This document shows, one piece after another, positions 46,482 through 55,524 of a stretch of 64,000 nt of DNA. A program made the translations under genes and the position numbers. The stretch comes from Burkholderiales bacterium (lineage in GTDB: Bacteria; Pseudomonadota; Gammaproteobacteria; Burkholderiales; SG8-39), in NCBI GenBank assembly GCA_035702665.1, contig DASSQD010000047.1, forward strand, positions 101-64,100. The letters run 5' to 3'. Numbering within the stretch: the stretch's first letter is position 1; every line of letters starts with the position of its first letter. Below the pieces are notes generated by a model that saw only the letters and a list, made by a program, of their open reading frames with translations, was not told the DNA's origin and ran no database searches.

Positions 46482-47249
46482 ATGGGAAAGAAACCGGCGC
46501 TGGACAAGCGCGACTGGATTGCCGGCCTTGAAAAGGGCCTGCGCATCATCGAGTCGTTCAACGACACCCATCCGCGGCTGACGCCCTCCACCGCGGCGTG
46601 GCGGACGGGGATCACGCGCACGGCAGCGCGCCGCTACCTGCGCACGCTGCACCACCTCGGCTACGTGGAGAGCAACGGCCAGATGTTCTGGCTGACCCCG
46701 CGCGTGCTCAGGCTGGGGTGGTCGTACTGCGATTCCGCGAAAGTTCCGCGCGCGGTGCAGCCCTTCCTCCAGCAAATCAGCGCCGAGCTCGACGGCGCCA
46801 GCTATTTCGCCGTGCTCGACGAGGACGACGTCGTATGCGTGGCGCGCGACGGCTCCACGCGCGTCCACAACGGTTTCGTCATAGGCGCACGCGTCTCCGC
46901 GAACATCTCGTCGGCGGGAATCGCGCTGCTGTCCTGCCTTCCTGCCCGCGAGGTGGACCGTTGGCTCGCCGGCCGCACGTTCATGCCTTATACGCCCTAC
47001 ACCGTCACGACCCACGACGGCGTGCGCGAGCTCATCAACGCCGCCCGCCGCAAGGGGTACGCACTCCTCGAGCAGCAGCTCGAGCGCAAGGTACGCGGCA
47101 TCGGCGTTCCGATCCGGACGCGCAACGCCGGAGTGGTCGGCGCGATCGGCATCAGCCTGGCGATGGAGAAAGAAACCACGGAGCACGCGGTGGCCCGGGC
47201 CCTGCCCCTCCTTCAGGAAGCCGAGTACTCGCTGCGCACCCTGCTCTAA
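46482..47249 (+). CDS. IclR-family regulator, PcaR/PcaU/PobR subfamily
   Basis: WIAGLEKGL.IIESF, TRTAARRYL.TL..LGY, LTPRVLRLG; RBS GGAGGAG. Confidence 0.92.
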   Translation: MGKKPALDKRDWIAGLEKGLRIIESFNDTHPRLTPSTAAWRTGITRTAARRYLRTLHHLGYVESNGQMFWLTPRVLRLGWSYCDSAKVPRAVQPFLQQISAELDGASYFAVLDEDDVVCVARDGSTRVHNGFVIGARVSANISSAGIALLSCLPAREVDRWLAGRTFMPYTPYTVTTHDGVRELINAARRKGYALLEQQLERKVRGIGVPIRTRNAGVVGAIGISLAMEKETTEHAVARALPLLQEAEYSLRTLL

Positions 47250-47326
47250 GGGTCCTCGCGCACTGCCGGACGCCGCGCCGCAGCGCCGGCACCCGTTCCG
47301 AAAGCGGGCGTTTATCGACCGATCTT

Positions 47327-47348
47327 GGGCGATTAACGCGCACTAGCG
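47327..47348. promoter_or_regulatory. Putative IclR operator (copy 2) upstream of the porin-TRAP operon
   Basis: Reverse complement CGCTAGTGCGCGTTAATCGCCC matches copy 1 at 20/22. Confidence 0.65.
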
Positions 47349-47438
47349 TGCTTGCGCCCATTTGGTTCCGTGGTCCCTCTAAATACCATCCGCAGTGCTC
47401 GTCGCGATTGAAAACGAGCCAACAAAGGAGGGAGCACC

Positions 47439-48596
47439 ATGAAAAGAAGCAAGATCGCGCTGGCGCTCGGCGCGCTGGCATTCACGTCGGCCGGCGTTGC
47501 CCACGCGCAGACGCTGAGCATCAGCAAGGACGGGGCCACGCTGACGGTATACGGCGACGTGGACTACTACCTGAGCTACATGACCAGCAGCTCGGGCAGC
47601 AAGTTGATCGCGCTGCAGGACGGCGCATACCTGCGCACCCGGCTGGGGTTCAAGGGCGACAAGGACCTGGGGAGCGGCTACGCCGTGAAGTTCAACGCCG
47701 AGCAGGGCCTGAACGAGACCAACGGCGCGCAGGCCGACGCGACGCGTCTCTTCGACCGCCAGCTCTGGGCGGGGGTCGCGACTCCGTTTGGCGAATTCCG
47801 CTTCGGCCGGCAGAACACGGCGATCTTCTACCGCGGCGGATACATCGACTTCACCGCGCGGACCCTGGGCTCGGTCGTGAACAATTTCGGCACGCCTTCC
47901 CGCTACGACAGCGACATCGCCTATATCTCGCCGCGCTGGGCGGGGTTCCTCGCGGAGGCGCACTATTCGATCCAGGGATCCCAGCCGCAGCACACCACCA
48001 ACCAGGCGGTGTACCAGGGAGCGCTGGACTACGAGCATGGACCCTTCCGCATCGGCTACGCGGGAATCGCGGGCAAGCCGCCCGAGGGCTCCGTGGTGGA
48101 CAAGACCGTGTCCTACAACACCTTCTACGGCAACTGGGATTACGGCAAGGGCAAGGTCTACCTCGTGTATATCCGGTCGAACAACCAGAGCACGACCGCG
48201 GGCACCGTTGGAACGCTCAACAATGGCGGCAACCCGCTCGGGACCACGGGCGCGCTGGTGACCGGCACCGACCCCGGGGCAAACACCTACTACAACATCT
48301 CCCAGGTGTCCGCCGACTACTGGATCCATCCGAAAGTGCGCATCGGCGCCCTCTACGGCAAGATCAAGGACGCCACCAACGACGTCAAGAACGCCGACGG
48401 ATGGGGCGTCGGCGCCTACTGGGACGTCACCAAGGAACTCATGGTCTACGGTCTCGGGAATTCGATCTCCAACGATCCCGGAGCGGGGTTCCGTCCGTCG
48501 GGCTCGGCCGGCCTGACCAAGACCTTCACGACGGCGGCCGACGTCAACGGCCAGCGGATCCGCATGGCCGCGGTCGGCATGGTGTACAAGTTCTGA
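47439..48596 (+). CDS. Gram-negative porin (Burkholderiales type)
   Basis: Signal peptide, TVYG.VD, RLGFKG.KDLG.G, LFDRQ.W.G, FGE.RFGRQ, C-terminal Phe. Confidence 0.93.
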   Translation: MKRSKIALALGALAFTSAGVAHAQTLSISKDGATLTVYGDVDYYLSYMTSSSGSKLIALQDGAYLRTRLGFKGDKDLGSGYAVKFNAEQGLNETNGAQADATRLFDRQLWAGVATPFGEFRFGRQNTAIFYRGGYIDFTARTLGSVVNNFGTPSRYDSDIAYISPRWAGFLAEAHYSIQGSQPQHTTNQAVYQGALDYEHGPFRIGYAGIAGKPPEGSVVDKTVSYNTFYGNWDYGKGKVYLVYIRSNNQSTTAGTVGTLNNGGNPLGTTGALVTGTDPGANTYYNISQVSADYWIHPKVRIGALYGKIKDATNDVKNADGWGVGAYWDVTKELMVYGLGNSISNDPGAGFRPSGSAGLTKTFTTAADVNGQRIRMAAVGMVYKF

Positions 48597-48723
48597 GCTT
48601 GTGAGCCGAGGGCCCGGGCGTCGGTGCGCGAAGCGGCCGACGGCCCGGTTCCGGCAGGTCCTTGGCCAGCGCGAGTCGAATGGCGGCGGGAGGCAGCTCG
48701 CAGACGGCGAGTACACTCTTTTC

Positions 48724-49314
48724 ATGAACCGAATCGTTGACGGCTTCTGTCGCGCGGTGGAGGTCTTGATCGCGGCGTTTCTGGCCGTGATGGTCGTCAT
48801 GGTGTTCGGCAATGTCGTCCTGCGCTACGGATTCAACTCCGGCATCATCGTTTCGGAAGAAGTCTCGCGCTGGCTGTTCCTGTGGGTGACCTTCCTCGGC
48901 GCGGTCGTCGCGCTCAAGGAACACGGTCACCTCGGCACCGATGCATTGATCTCTCGCCTGCCGGTCCTGGGCAAGAGGATCTGCCTCGTCCTCGGGCATC
49001 TGCTGATGCTGTACGCCACGTGGCTCGTGTTCTCCGGCGCCCTGGCGCAAGTGCGCATCAACCTCGACGTGGAAGCGCCGGTGACGGGAGCCTCGATGGC
49101 TTTCGTGTACGGCACGGGCGTCGCGTTCGCCGTGCTCGCGGCGCCGCTGCTGCTGCGCGACCTGTGGCGCATCCTCGCCGGGAAGCTTTCAGAGGCCGAC
49201 ATGGTGATGGTGAGGGGAACCGAAGAGAAGGGCGAGGTCGACGCTCTGCAATCCAAGCCGGCCGAAGAGAAGACCGCAGATTCGGATTCTCGCGCCCGCC
49301 AGGAACCGAAATGA
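48724..49314 (+). CDS. dctQ: TRAP transporter small permease
   Basis: NVVLRYGFNSG..VSEEVSR.LF.W..FLGA; 4 TM. Confidence 0.9.
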   Translation: MNRIVDGFCRAVEVLIAAFLAVMVVMVFGNVVLRYGFNSGIIVSEEVSRWLFLWVTFLGAVVALKEHGHLGTDALISRLPVLGKRICLVLGHLLMLYATWLVFSGALAQVRINLDVEAPVTGASMAFVYGTGVAFAVLAAPLLLRDLWRILAGKLSEADMVMVRGTEEKGEVDALQSKPAEEKTADSDSRARQEPK

Positions 49315-50591
49315 CCATCCTCGTCTTTCTCGGCTCCCTGCTCGGCGCCATGGCGCTCGGGATCCCGATCGCTTATGCGCTGCTGGTGAGCGGCATGGCG
49401 CTGATGTGGCATCTGCACCTATTCGACGCCCAGATCCTGGCGCAGAACCTGATCGAGGGCGCCAACAGCTTCCCGCTGCTGGCAGTGCCGTTCTTCCTGC
49501 TGGCCGGCGAGATCATGAACGTCGGCGGCCTGTCCAAGCGCATCGTCAATCTGGCCCTGGCGCTGGTCGGCCACGTCAGGGGCGGCCTCGGCTACGTGAC
49601 GATCATTGCCGCTTGCCTGCTCGCGTCCTTGTCGGGCTCCGCGGTCGCCGACGCCGCGGCGCTCACCGCGCTCCTGCTGCCGATGATGGTCAAAGCGGGC
49701 CACGACAAGGCCAGCTCCGCCGGCTTGATCGCGGCCGGCGGCATCATCGCGCCTATCATCCCCCCGTCGATCGGCTTCGTGATCTTCGGCGTCGCCGCCA
49801 ATGTATCGATCACCAAGCTGTTCCTGGCCGGCATCGTCCCGGGCCTGCTGATCGGCGGCGCACTCTGGGCAACCTGGTGGTGGATCAGCCGGCGCGAGCG
49901 CATCCCGGTGCCGCCGCGCAAGTCGCTCGCCGAGGTGATGCGGGCGCTGCGCGAATCCGCCTGGGCGATGGTGCTGCCGCTGATCATCCTCGTCGGCCTG
50001 CGCTTCGGCGTGTTCACGCCCACGGAAGCGGCGGTGGTCGCGGCGGTGTACGCGCTGTTCGTCGCCACGGTGGTCTACCGCGAGCTCAAGTTCTCCGACG
50101 CCTACAGGGTATTCGTGGGCGCGGCCAAGACCACCGCGGTCATCATGTTCCTGGTCGCGGCGGCGCTGGTCTCGTCCTGGCTCATCACCGTGGCGCAGAT
50201 TCCTCAGCAGGTGATCGCGCTGCTCGAGCCTTTCATGGGCAACCAGATGCTGCTGATGATCGCAATCATGGTGCTGGTGATGGCGGTGGGCACGGCGATG
50301 GACATGACGCCGACCATCCTGATCCTGACCCCGGTGCTGATGCCGGTGGTCAAGGCCGCGGGCATCGACCCTGTGTATTTCGGCGTGCTGTTCATCATCA
50401 ACAACGCCATCGGCCTCATCACGCCGCCGGTGGGCACCGTGCTCAACACCGTGGCCGGCGTCGGCCGCATCAAGATGGACCTGGTCACGCGCGGCATGCT
50501 GCCGTTCATGTGGGCGGAGTTCGCGATGATGTTTCTGATGGTGCTGTTTCCGCAGCTCGTCACCGTGCCGGCCAGGTGGTTCACGGGCTGA
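49311..50591 (+). CDS. dctM: TRAP transporter large permease
   Basis: LAVPFF.LAGEIM..GG, SGSAVAD, IIPPS, TPTEA, ITPPVG. Confidence 0.95.
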   Translation: MTILVFLGSLLGAMALGIPIAYALLVSGMALMWHLHLFDAQILAQNLIEGANSFPLLAVPFFLLAGEIMNVGGLSKRIVNLALALVGHVRGGLGYVTIIAACLLASLSGSAVADAAALTALLLPMMVKAGHDKASSAGLIAAGGIIAPIIPPSIGFVIFGVAANVSITKLFLAGIVPGLLIGGALWATWWWISRRERIPVPPRKSLAEVMRALRESAWAMVLPLIILVGLRFGVFTPTEAAVVAAVYALFVATVVYRELKFSDAYRVFVGAAKTTAVIMFLVAAALVSSWLITVAQIPQQVIALLEPFMGNQMLLMIAIMVLVMAVGTAMDMTPTILILTPVLMPVVKAAGIDPVYFGVLFIINNAIGLITPPVGTVLNTVAGVGRIKMDLVTRGMLPFMWAEFAMMFLMVLFPQLVTVPARWFTG

Positions 50592-50603
50592 GAGGAGAAC
50601 AAG

Positions 50604-51608
50604 ATGAAAAAGCGTTCCGCATTCACTGCCTGTCTTGCGGCATTGCTCGCGTGGGTCCCCGTTCATGCGCAGGAGCCGCGCACGATCCGCTTCGGCCACC
50701 TCAACAACCCCGATCACCCGATCAGCCTCGGGGTGAAGCGCTTCGCCGAGCTGGTGGCGGCCAGGAGCGGCGGCAAGCTGGTGGTGCAGGAGTTCCCGGC
50801 CAGCGCGCTCGGCAACGAGCTGCAGCAGCAATCGGCGCTGCAGGGCGGCATCCAGGAAATGACGGCGCCTGCGCCGTCCTCGCTTGCGGGCATCGTGAAG
50901 GAGTTCGGTCTGCTGGACTTTCCCTTTGTCGTGAGCACCCCGCAGCAGGCCGATGCCCTGACCGACGGCCAGGTGGGCAAGCTCCTCTTCGCCAAGCTGC
51001 CGGAGAAGGGCCTTGTCGGGCTCGCGTTCTGGGACCTGGGATTCCGCAACGTCACCAACAGCAAACGCCCGATTGCCCGAGTGGAGGACTTCGAGGGCCT
51101 CAAGCTGCGCGTGATCCCCAACCCGGTGTTCCTGGAGACCTTCAAGACCTTCAAGGCGAACCCGGTGCCGATGCCCTTCGCCGAGCTCTATTCGGCCCTC
51201 GAGACTCGCGCAGTGGACGGGCAGGAAAATCCGTTCGCGGTGATCCTTTCGAACAAGATATTCGAGGTGCAGAAGTTCCTGAGCGTCACCAACCACGTCT
51301 ACACCGCCAATACCATCCTGGTCAGCAAGGTCTTCTGGGACCGCTGCTCGCCTGCCGAGCAGAAGCTTCTGCAGGAGGCGGCGCTCGAGGCGCGCGATTA
51401 CGAGCGCAAGCTCAGCCGCGAGGCGGCGCAGAAGGCGCTCGGAGAGCTCAAGGCCAAGGGCATGCAGGTGAACGAGGTCGCGCCCGCGGAGATCGCGCGC
51501 ATGCGCGAGATGGTCAGGCCCGTCTACGACAAGTTCACCGCCGCATACGACCCCGCGGTGGTGAAGGCGTTCCGCGCCGAGCTCGACAGAATCCGGGCGC
51601 AGAACTAG
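50604..51608 (+). CDS. dctP: TRAP substrate-binding protein (copy 1)
   Basis: Signal peptide, GFRNVTN, GLKLRV, VDGQENP. Confidence 0.93.
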   Translation: MKKRSAFTACLAALLAWVPVHAQEPRTIRFGHLNNPDHPISLGVKRFAELVAARSGGKLVVQEFPASALGNELQQQSALQGGIQEMTAPAPSSLAGIVKEFGLLDFPFVVSTPQQADALTDGQVGKLLFAKLPEKGLVGLAFWDLGFRNVTNSKRPIARVEDFEGLKLRVIPNPVFLETFKTFKANPVPMPFAELYSALETRAVDGQENPFAVILSNKIFEVQKFLSVTNHVYTANTILVSKVFWDRCSPAEQKLLQEAALEARDYERKLSREAAQKALGELKAKGMQVNEVAPAEIARMREMVRPVYDKFTAAYDPAVVKAFRAELDRIRAQN

Positions 51609-51643
51609 ACGGGTTGAATTCTTTCCACTAAGAGGAGAAGCGT

Positions 51644-52633
51644 ATGAAACGGCAATCCGTGGTCATTGCATGCCTTGCGGCGCTGCTCGCGTGGGCGCCG
51701 GCGCAGGCGCAGGAGTTCAAGTTCGCGACGCAGAACCCCAAGGGTCATCCGCTCGTGACGGGAATGGAGAAATTCGCCGAGATCGTTGCCGCCAGGAGCG
51801 GCGGCAAGATGAAGGTCGATCTGTTCCCGGGCGGCGTGCTGGGCAGCGATCAGGCCAACGTTTCGGCGCTGCAGGGCGGAACGCTCGATATGGTGGTGCT
51901 GAACTCGGGCATCCTTGCCTCGCAAGTGAAGGAATTCGGGATCTACGACTTCCCCTTCATGTTCGCCAATTCGAAGGAGGCGGATGCGGTCGTCGACGGG
52001 CCCTTCGGCAAGATGATGCACGCGAAGCTCGAAGCCAAGGGAATCGTGGGCCTCGCCTATTGGGAACTGGGCTTTCGCGACATCACCAACAGCAGGCGCC
52101 CGATCAACAAGGTCGAGGACATCGCCGGCCTGAAGCTGCGGGTGATTCCCAACGCGATCAACGTCGACTGGGTCAAGGCGCTCGGCGCCAATCCGACGCC
52201 GCTGCCCTTCCCCGAGGTCTACGCGGCGCTCGACCAGAAAGCGATCGACGGACAGGAGAACCCGCCGACGGTCATCAGCGCCAACAAGTTCTACGAGGTG
52301 CAAAAGTACATCGTGCTGAGTCACCACCAGTACAACCCGCAATCATTGATCTTCAGCAAGAAGGTCTGGGACACGCTTAGCGCTGCGGACAGGAAGATCC
52401 TGGCCGATGCCGCGGTCGAAGCCTCCAAGTATCAGCGCCAGGTCGCGCGCGAGGCGGCGGGTACCGCCATGGAGAACCTGAAGAAGAACGGCATGCAGGT
52501 CACCGAGCTCTCGGCGGCCGAGCTCGCCAAGTTTCGCGACGCAATGAAACCCGTGATCGCGAAGCACTCGGAGGTCGTGGGCCCCGAGACCGTCGCCGCC
52601 ATGCAGGCCGAGCTCGCCAAGCTGCGCAAGTAG
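51644..52633 (+). CDS. dctP: TRAP substrate-binding protein (copy 2)
   Basis: Signal peptide, GFRDITN, GLKLRV, IDGQENP. Confidence 0.93.
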   Translation: MKRQSVVIACLAALLAWAPAQAQEFKFATQNPKGHPLVTGMEKFAEIVAARSGGKMKVDLFPGGVLGSDQANVSALQGGTLDMVVLNSGILASQVKEFGIYDFPFMFANSKEADAVVDGPFGKMMHAKLEAKGIVGLAYWELGFRDITNSRRPINKVEDIAGLKLRVIPNAINVDWVKALGANPTPLPFPEVYAALDQKAIDGQENPPTVISANKFYEVQKYIVLSHHQYNPQSLIFSKKVWDTLSAADRKILADAAVEASKYQRQVAREAAGTAMENLKKNGMQVTELSAAELAKFRDAMKPVIAKHSEVVGPETVAAMQAELAKLRK

Positions 52634-52777
52634 CCCCACCGCCGGAGGACTCATACCCCGCTGGTCTCCGTTCGGGACGGGACCAGCGAATCTGCACTGA
52701 CGGAAGCCTTCGCCGAAGCCGCAAAGACCGGCCGTGTCGTACACTTGCCGGACAACCGAGAAGCTGCGAGGGCCTCC

Positions 52778-53221
52778 ATGAAAGTCCTGGTACTGCACGG
52801 CATCAACCTCAACATGTTCGGCAAGAGGGATCCGGCCCAGTACGGGACCATCACCCTTGCCGAGATCGACGCGCGCCTCAAGGCGCTCGCGAGGGAGCTG
52901 GGCGTCGAGCTGGAGATCCTCCAGACGAACAGCGAGGCGGCCCTGTGCGAGCGCATCCACCGGGCCTACGACGAGCGGGTCGACGCGGTCCTGATCAACG
53001 CCGGCGCCTGGACGCACTACAGCTACGGCATCCGCGACGCGCTGGCGATCCTGAAAGCGCCGATCGTCGAGGTGCACATGTCGAACATCCACGCCCGCGA
53101 GGAATTCCGCCGCCATTCGGTCGTCGCGGCGATCGCGAAGGGGCAGATCTGCGGCTTCGGGGTCGACAGCTACCTGCTCGGGCTGCGCGCGGCCGTGTCG
53201 GCCGCTCACAGCGCCAAGTAG
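52778..53221 (+). CDS. aroQ: Type II 3-dehydroquinate dehydratase
   Basis: [45 protein letters not shown]. Confidence 0.95.
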   Translation: MKVLVLHGINLNMFGKRDPAQYGTITLAEIDARLKALARELGVELEILQTNSEAALCERIHRAYDERVDAVLINAGAWTHYSYGIRDALAILKAPIVEVHMSNIHAREEFRRHSVVAAIAKGQICGFGVDSYLLGLRAAVSAAHSAK

Positions 53222-53239
53222 CGCCCCACGGGACCCGCG

Positions 53240-54124
53240 ATGACCATCAGAGAACCCACCCCCGAACCCAACAACCCGCTCGGAATGGACGGCATCGAGT
53301 TCATCGAGTACGCGACCTCGCAGCCGCAGGCGCTCGGGTCGGTGCTTCAATCCATGGGCTTCGTCCCGGTCGCCCGGCACCGCTCGCGCGAGGTGACGCT
53401 GTACCGGCAGGGATCCATGAACCTCATCGTCAACGCCCATCCCGACGCGCTGCCCGGCATGAGCGCGCCCAAGGCCGCGCCGGAGCTGAAGGCGATCGCG
53501 CTGCGCGTGCGGGACGCCGGGTTCGCGTGGAAGCGGTCGCTCGACCTCGGCGCGTGGGAGATGCCGACGCGCGCCTCGGCGATGGAGCTGAACATCCCGG
53601 GTGTTCACGGGGTCGGCGACAGCCTGATCTACTTCGTCGACCGGTACCGGGATTTCTCGATCTACGACGTCGACTTCGTGCCCCTGCCCGGCGTGGAGGC
53701 GCGCCCGCTCGCGCTCGCGGGGCTGCACTACTTCGGCATCGTGCAGTCCATTCTCGGGGACCGCACCGCCGACTGGCTTCAGTTCTACGAGCAGCTGTTC
53801 GGCTTCACGGTCCTGCCCGAGGGCAAGTACTTCGGCGTCATGCCCAAAGGCACCCTGCTCGAGAGCCCCTGCCGGAAGTTCTACCTGCAGCTGGTCGAGC
53901 CGCCGCCCGGCGCCGAGGATATCCACTGGGAGGAGAGCCTCGTGCGCATCGGCCTGGGGGCCCCCGACGTGCGCGCCGCGACGCGCGTCCTCAAGGAGCG
54001 CGGCGTGGTCTTCATCGACCGAGGCTCGGTGCAGCCCAGCGAAAAAGGGGCGCTGACGCAGGTGTACCTCGGCAACGTGACGTTCGAGCTCGTCGTGAGC
54101 CATCTGAAGCCGGGCAAGCCGTGA
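53240..54124 (+). CDS. HppD-like (VOC) protein resembling the C-terminal half of QuiC1-type dehydratases
   Basis: NPLGMDGIEFIEYA, RHRSREV.LYRQG, ELNIPG..GVG.SLIYFVD; HppD iron His ligands not evident. Confidence 0.8.
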   Translation: MTIREPTPEPNNPLGMDGIEFIEYATSQPQALGSVLQSMGFVPVARHRSREVTLYRQGSMNLIVNAHPDALPGMSAPKAAPELKAIALRVRDAGFAWKRSLDLGAWEMPTRASAMELNIPGVHGVGDSLIYFVDRYRDFSIYDVDFVPLPGVEARPLALAGLHYFGIVQSILGDRTADWLQFYEQLFGFTVLPEGKYFGVMPKGTLLESPCRKFYLQLVEPPPGAEDIHWEESLVRIGLGAPDVRAATRVLKERGVVFIDRGSVQPSEKGALTQVYLGNVTFELVVSHLKPGKP

Positions 54125-55002
54125 ACCTCGAGAACTTCGGCATGGACACCATCACGCTGGCCGGCTCGCTGGAGGGGAAGCTGCGCGCGGTCCGCGAGGC
54201 CGGATTTGGACAGATCATGATTTCCGCTCACGACCTCGTCGAGCATCCTGGCGGGGAAGCCGCAGCGGCCTCGCTGGTGCGGCAGAGCGGGCTGCGAGTC
54301 ACCGGATTCCAGGTGCTGCGCGACTTCGAGGGCCTCTCCGGACACCTGCACGCCTACAAGATCGACATCGCCAAGGCCATGCTCGGCATGTGCCGCGAGC
54401 TGGGCTCCAAGCTGCTGCTGGTGTGCTCGTCGACTTCGGCGCACGCCACGGGCGACTCGGAGGTTCTCGCGCGCGACCTGCGCAAGCTCGCGATGCTCGC
54501 GGTACCCCTGGACATACGCATCGCTTACGAAGCGCTCTCCTGGGGAAAGCGCGTCAAGGAATTCCCGCAGGCCTCGGAGCTCGTCGGTGCGGCGGATTCC
54601 CCCAACCTCGGCCTCGCGCTCGATGCTTTCCACCTCCTCGCGACCAAGACCGAGCTCGACCAGCTCGATCTCGTCGATCCCCAGCAGGTGTTTCTAGTGC
54701 AGCTCTCGGATTTCATGTGGCGCGAGCTGCCCTCGATCGAGGAGCGGATCAACACCGCCAGGCACTTCCGCGTCTTTCCCGGAGAGGGGCTGCACGGCGC
54801 TCAGGTAGCCGAATTCGTCCAGAGGCTCGACGAGAAAGGCTACCGCGGAGACTACAGCTTCGAGGTATTCAACGACGACTACACCCAGCTGCCGCCCGCT
54901 GTCGTCGCCCTGCGCGCGCGGCAGTCCGCAAAGTGGATCACGGACCACGTGTCCCGCCGCAGCCTCCCCCTGCGCCGGCCCGGGCGCGAGGCGCGAGGCT
55001 AG
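54121..55002 (+). CDS. TIM-barrel 3-dehydroshikimate dehydratase-like protein (QuiC1 N-terminal-type domain)
   Basis: TITLAGSLEGKL, FQVLRDFEG, LLVCSS, YEALSWG, LDAFH, VQLSD, RHFRVFPGEG, SFEVFND. Confidence 0.85.
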   Translation: MNLENFGMDTITLAGSLEGKLRAVREAGFGQIMISAHDLVEHPGGEAAAASLVRQSGLRVTGFQVLRDFEGLSGHLHAYKIDIAKAMLGMCRELGSKLLLVCSSTSAHATGDSEVLARDLRKLAMLAVPLDIRIAYEALSWGKRVKEFPQASELVGAADSPNLGLALDAFHLLATKTELDQLDLVDPQQVFLVQLSDFMWRELPSIEERINTARHFRVFPGEGLHGAQVAEFVQRLDEKGYRGDYSFEVFNDDYTQLPPAVVALRARQSAKWITDHVSRRSLPLRRPGREARG

Positions 55003-55517
55003 AGCTCCTCGGCGTCGATCAGCACGAAGGCGATGCGGCAGCTCTCCTGTCCGCGATTGACCCAAGCGTGGCTGGTCCCGCGCTGCACCAGCACGTCGCC
55101 CGCCTCGAGGTGCACCTCCGAATCGTCGAGCAGCATGTCGATCTCGCCCGAGATCACCACGGCGTAGTCGACGCTCCTCGTACGATGCATGGTCGCGTGG
55201 CGGGGATCCGCGCGGCCGCCGGAAAGCCCCATCTCCTTCAGCATGGCCGCGTTGTCCACCGCGCCGGCTTCCGAAGCGGGAGGAAAGTCGACCACGCGGA
55301 AGACCGAGCCGCGCGGCGGCGGCGCGACGCCGATGTCGCGGTCGGCGCCGTCCTTGTTCCCCGAGTTGTCCGCAGGTGACCCGTCGGTCACCCAAAGCAG
55401 CGTCGAGGTCAGCCCGGTCGCTTTCCTCAGCTTCGCGTTGGGGGCCGCGCCGTCGATCAGCACGACCGCTTTTCCGGATGCGTCGTGGCCGGTGACCACT
55501 CGCCGCGTCGGCCGCAT
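54999..55517 (-). CDS. Cupin-domain protein
   Basis: RRVVTGHD, MHRTRSVDY, GDVLVQRGTSHAW. Confidence 0.9.
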   Translation of the reverse strand: MRPTRRVVTGHDASGKAVVLIDGAAPNAKLRKATGLTSTLLWVTDGSPADNSGNKDGADRDIGVAPPPRGSVFRVVDFPPASEAGAVDNAAMLKEMGLSGGRADPRHATMHRTRSVDYAVVISGEIDMLLDDSEVHLEAGDVLVQRGTSHAWVNRGQESCRIAFVLIDAEEL

Positions 55518-55524
55518 GCCCCGC

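Noticed and set aside
52659..52688. Hairpin CGCTGGTC..CCGT-tcggg-ACGG-GACCAGCG between dctP and aroQ (similar one at ~48616-48650) as riboswitch or terminator
   Set aside because: No U-tract or recognisable aptamer; probably an mRNA-stabilising or processing stem.
53240..54124. True hppD
   Set aside because: Too short, iron-binding His residues not evident, and the context indicates a QuiC1-associated domain.
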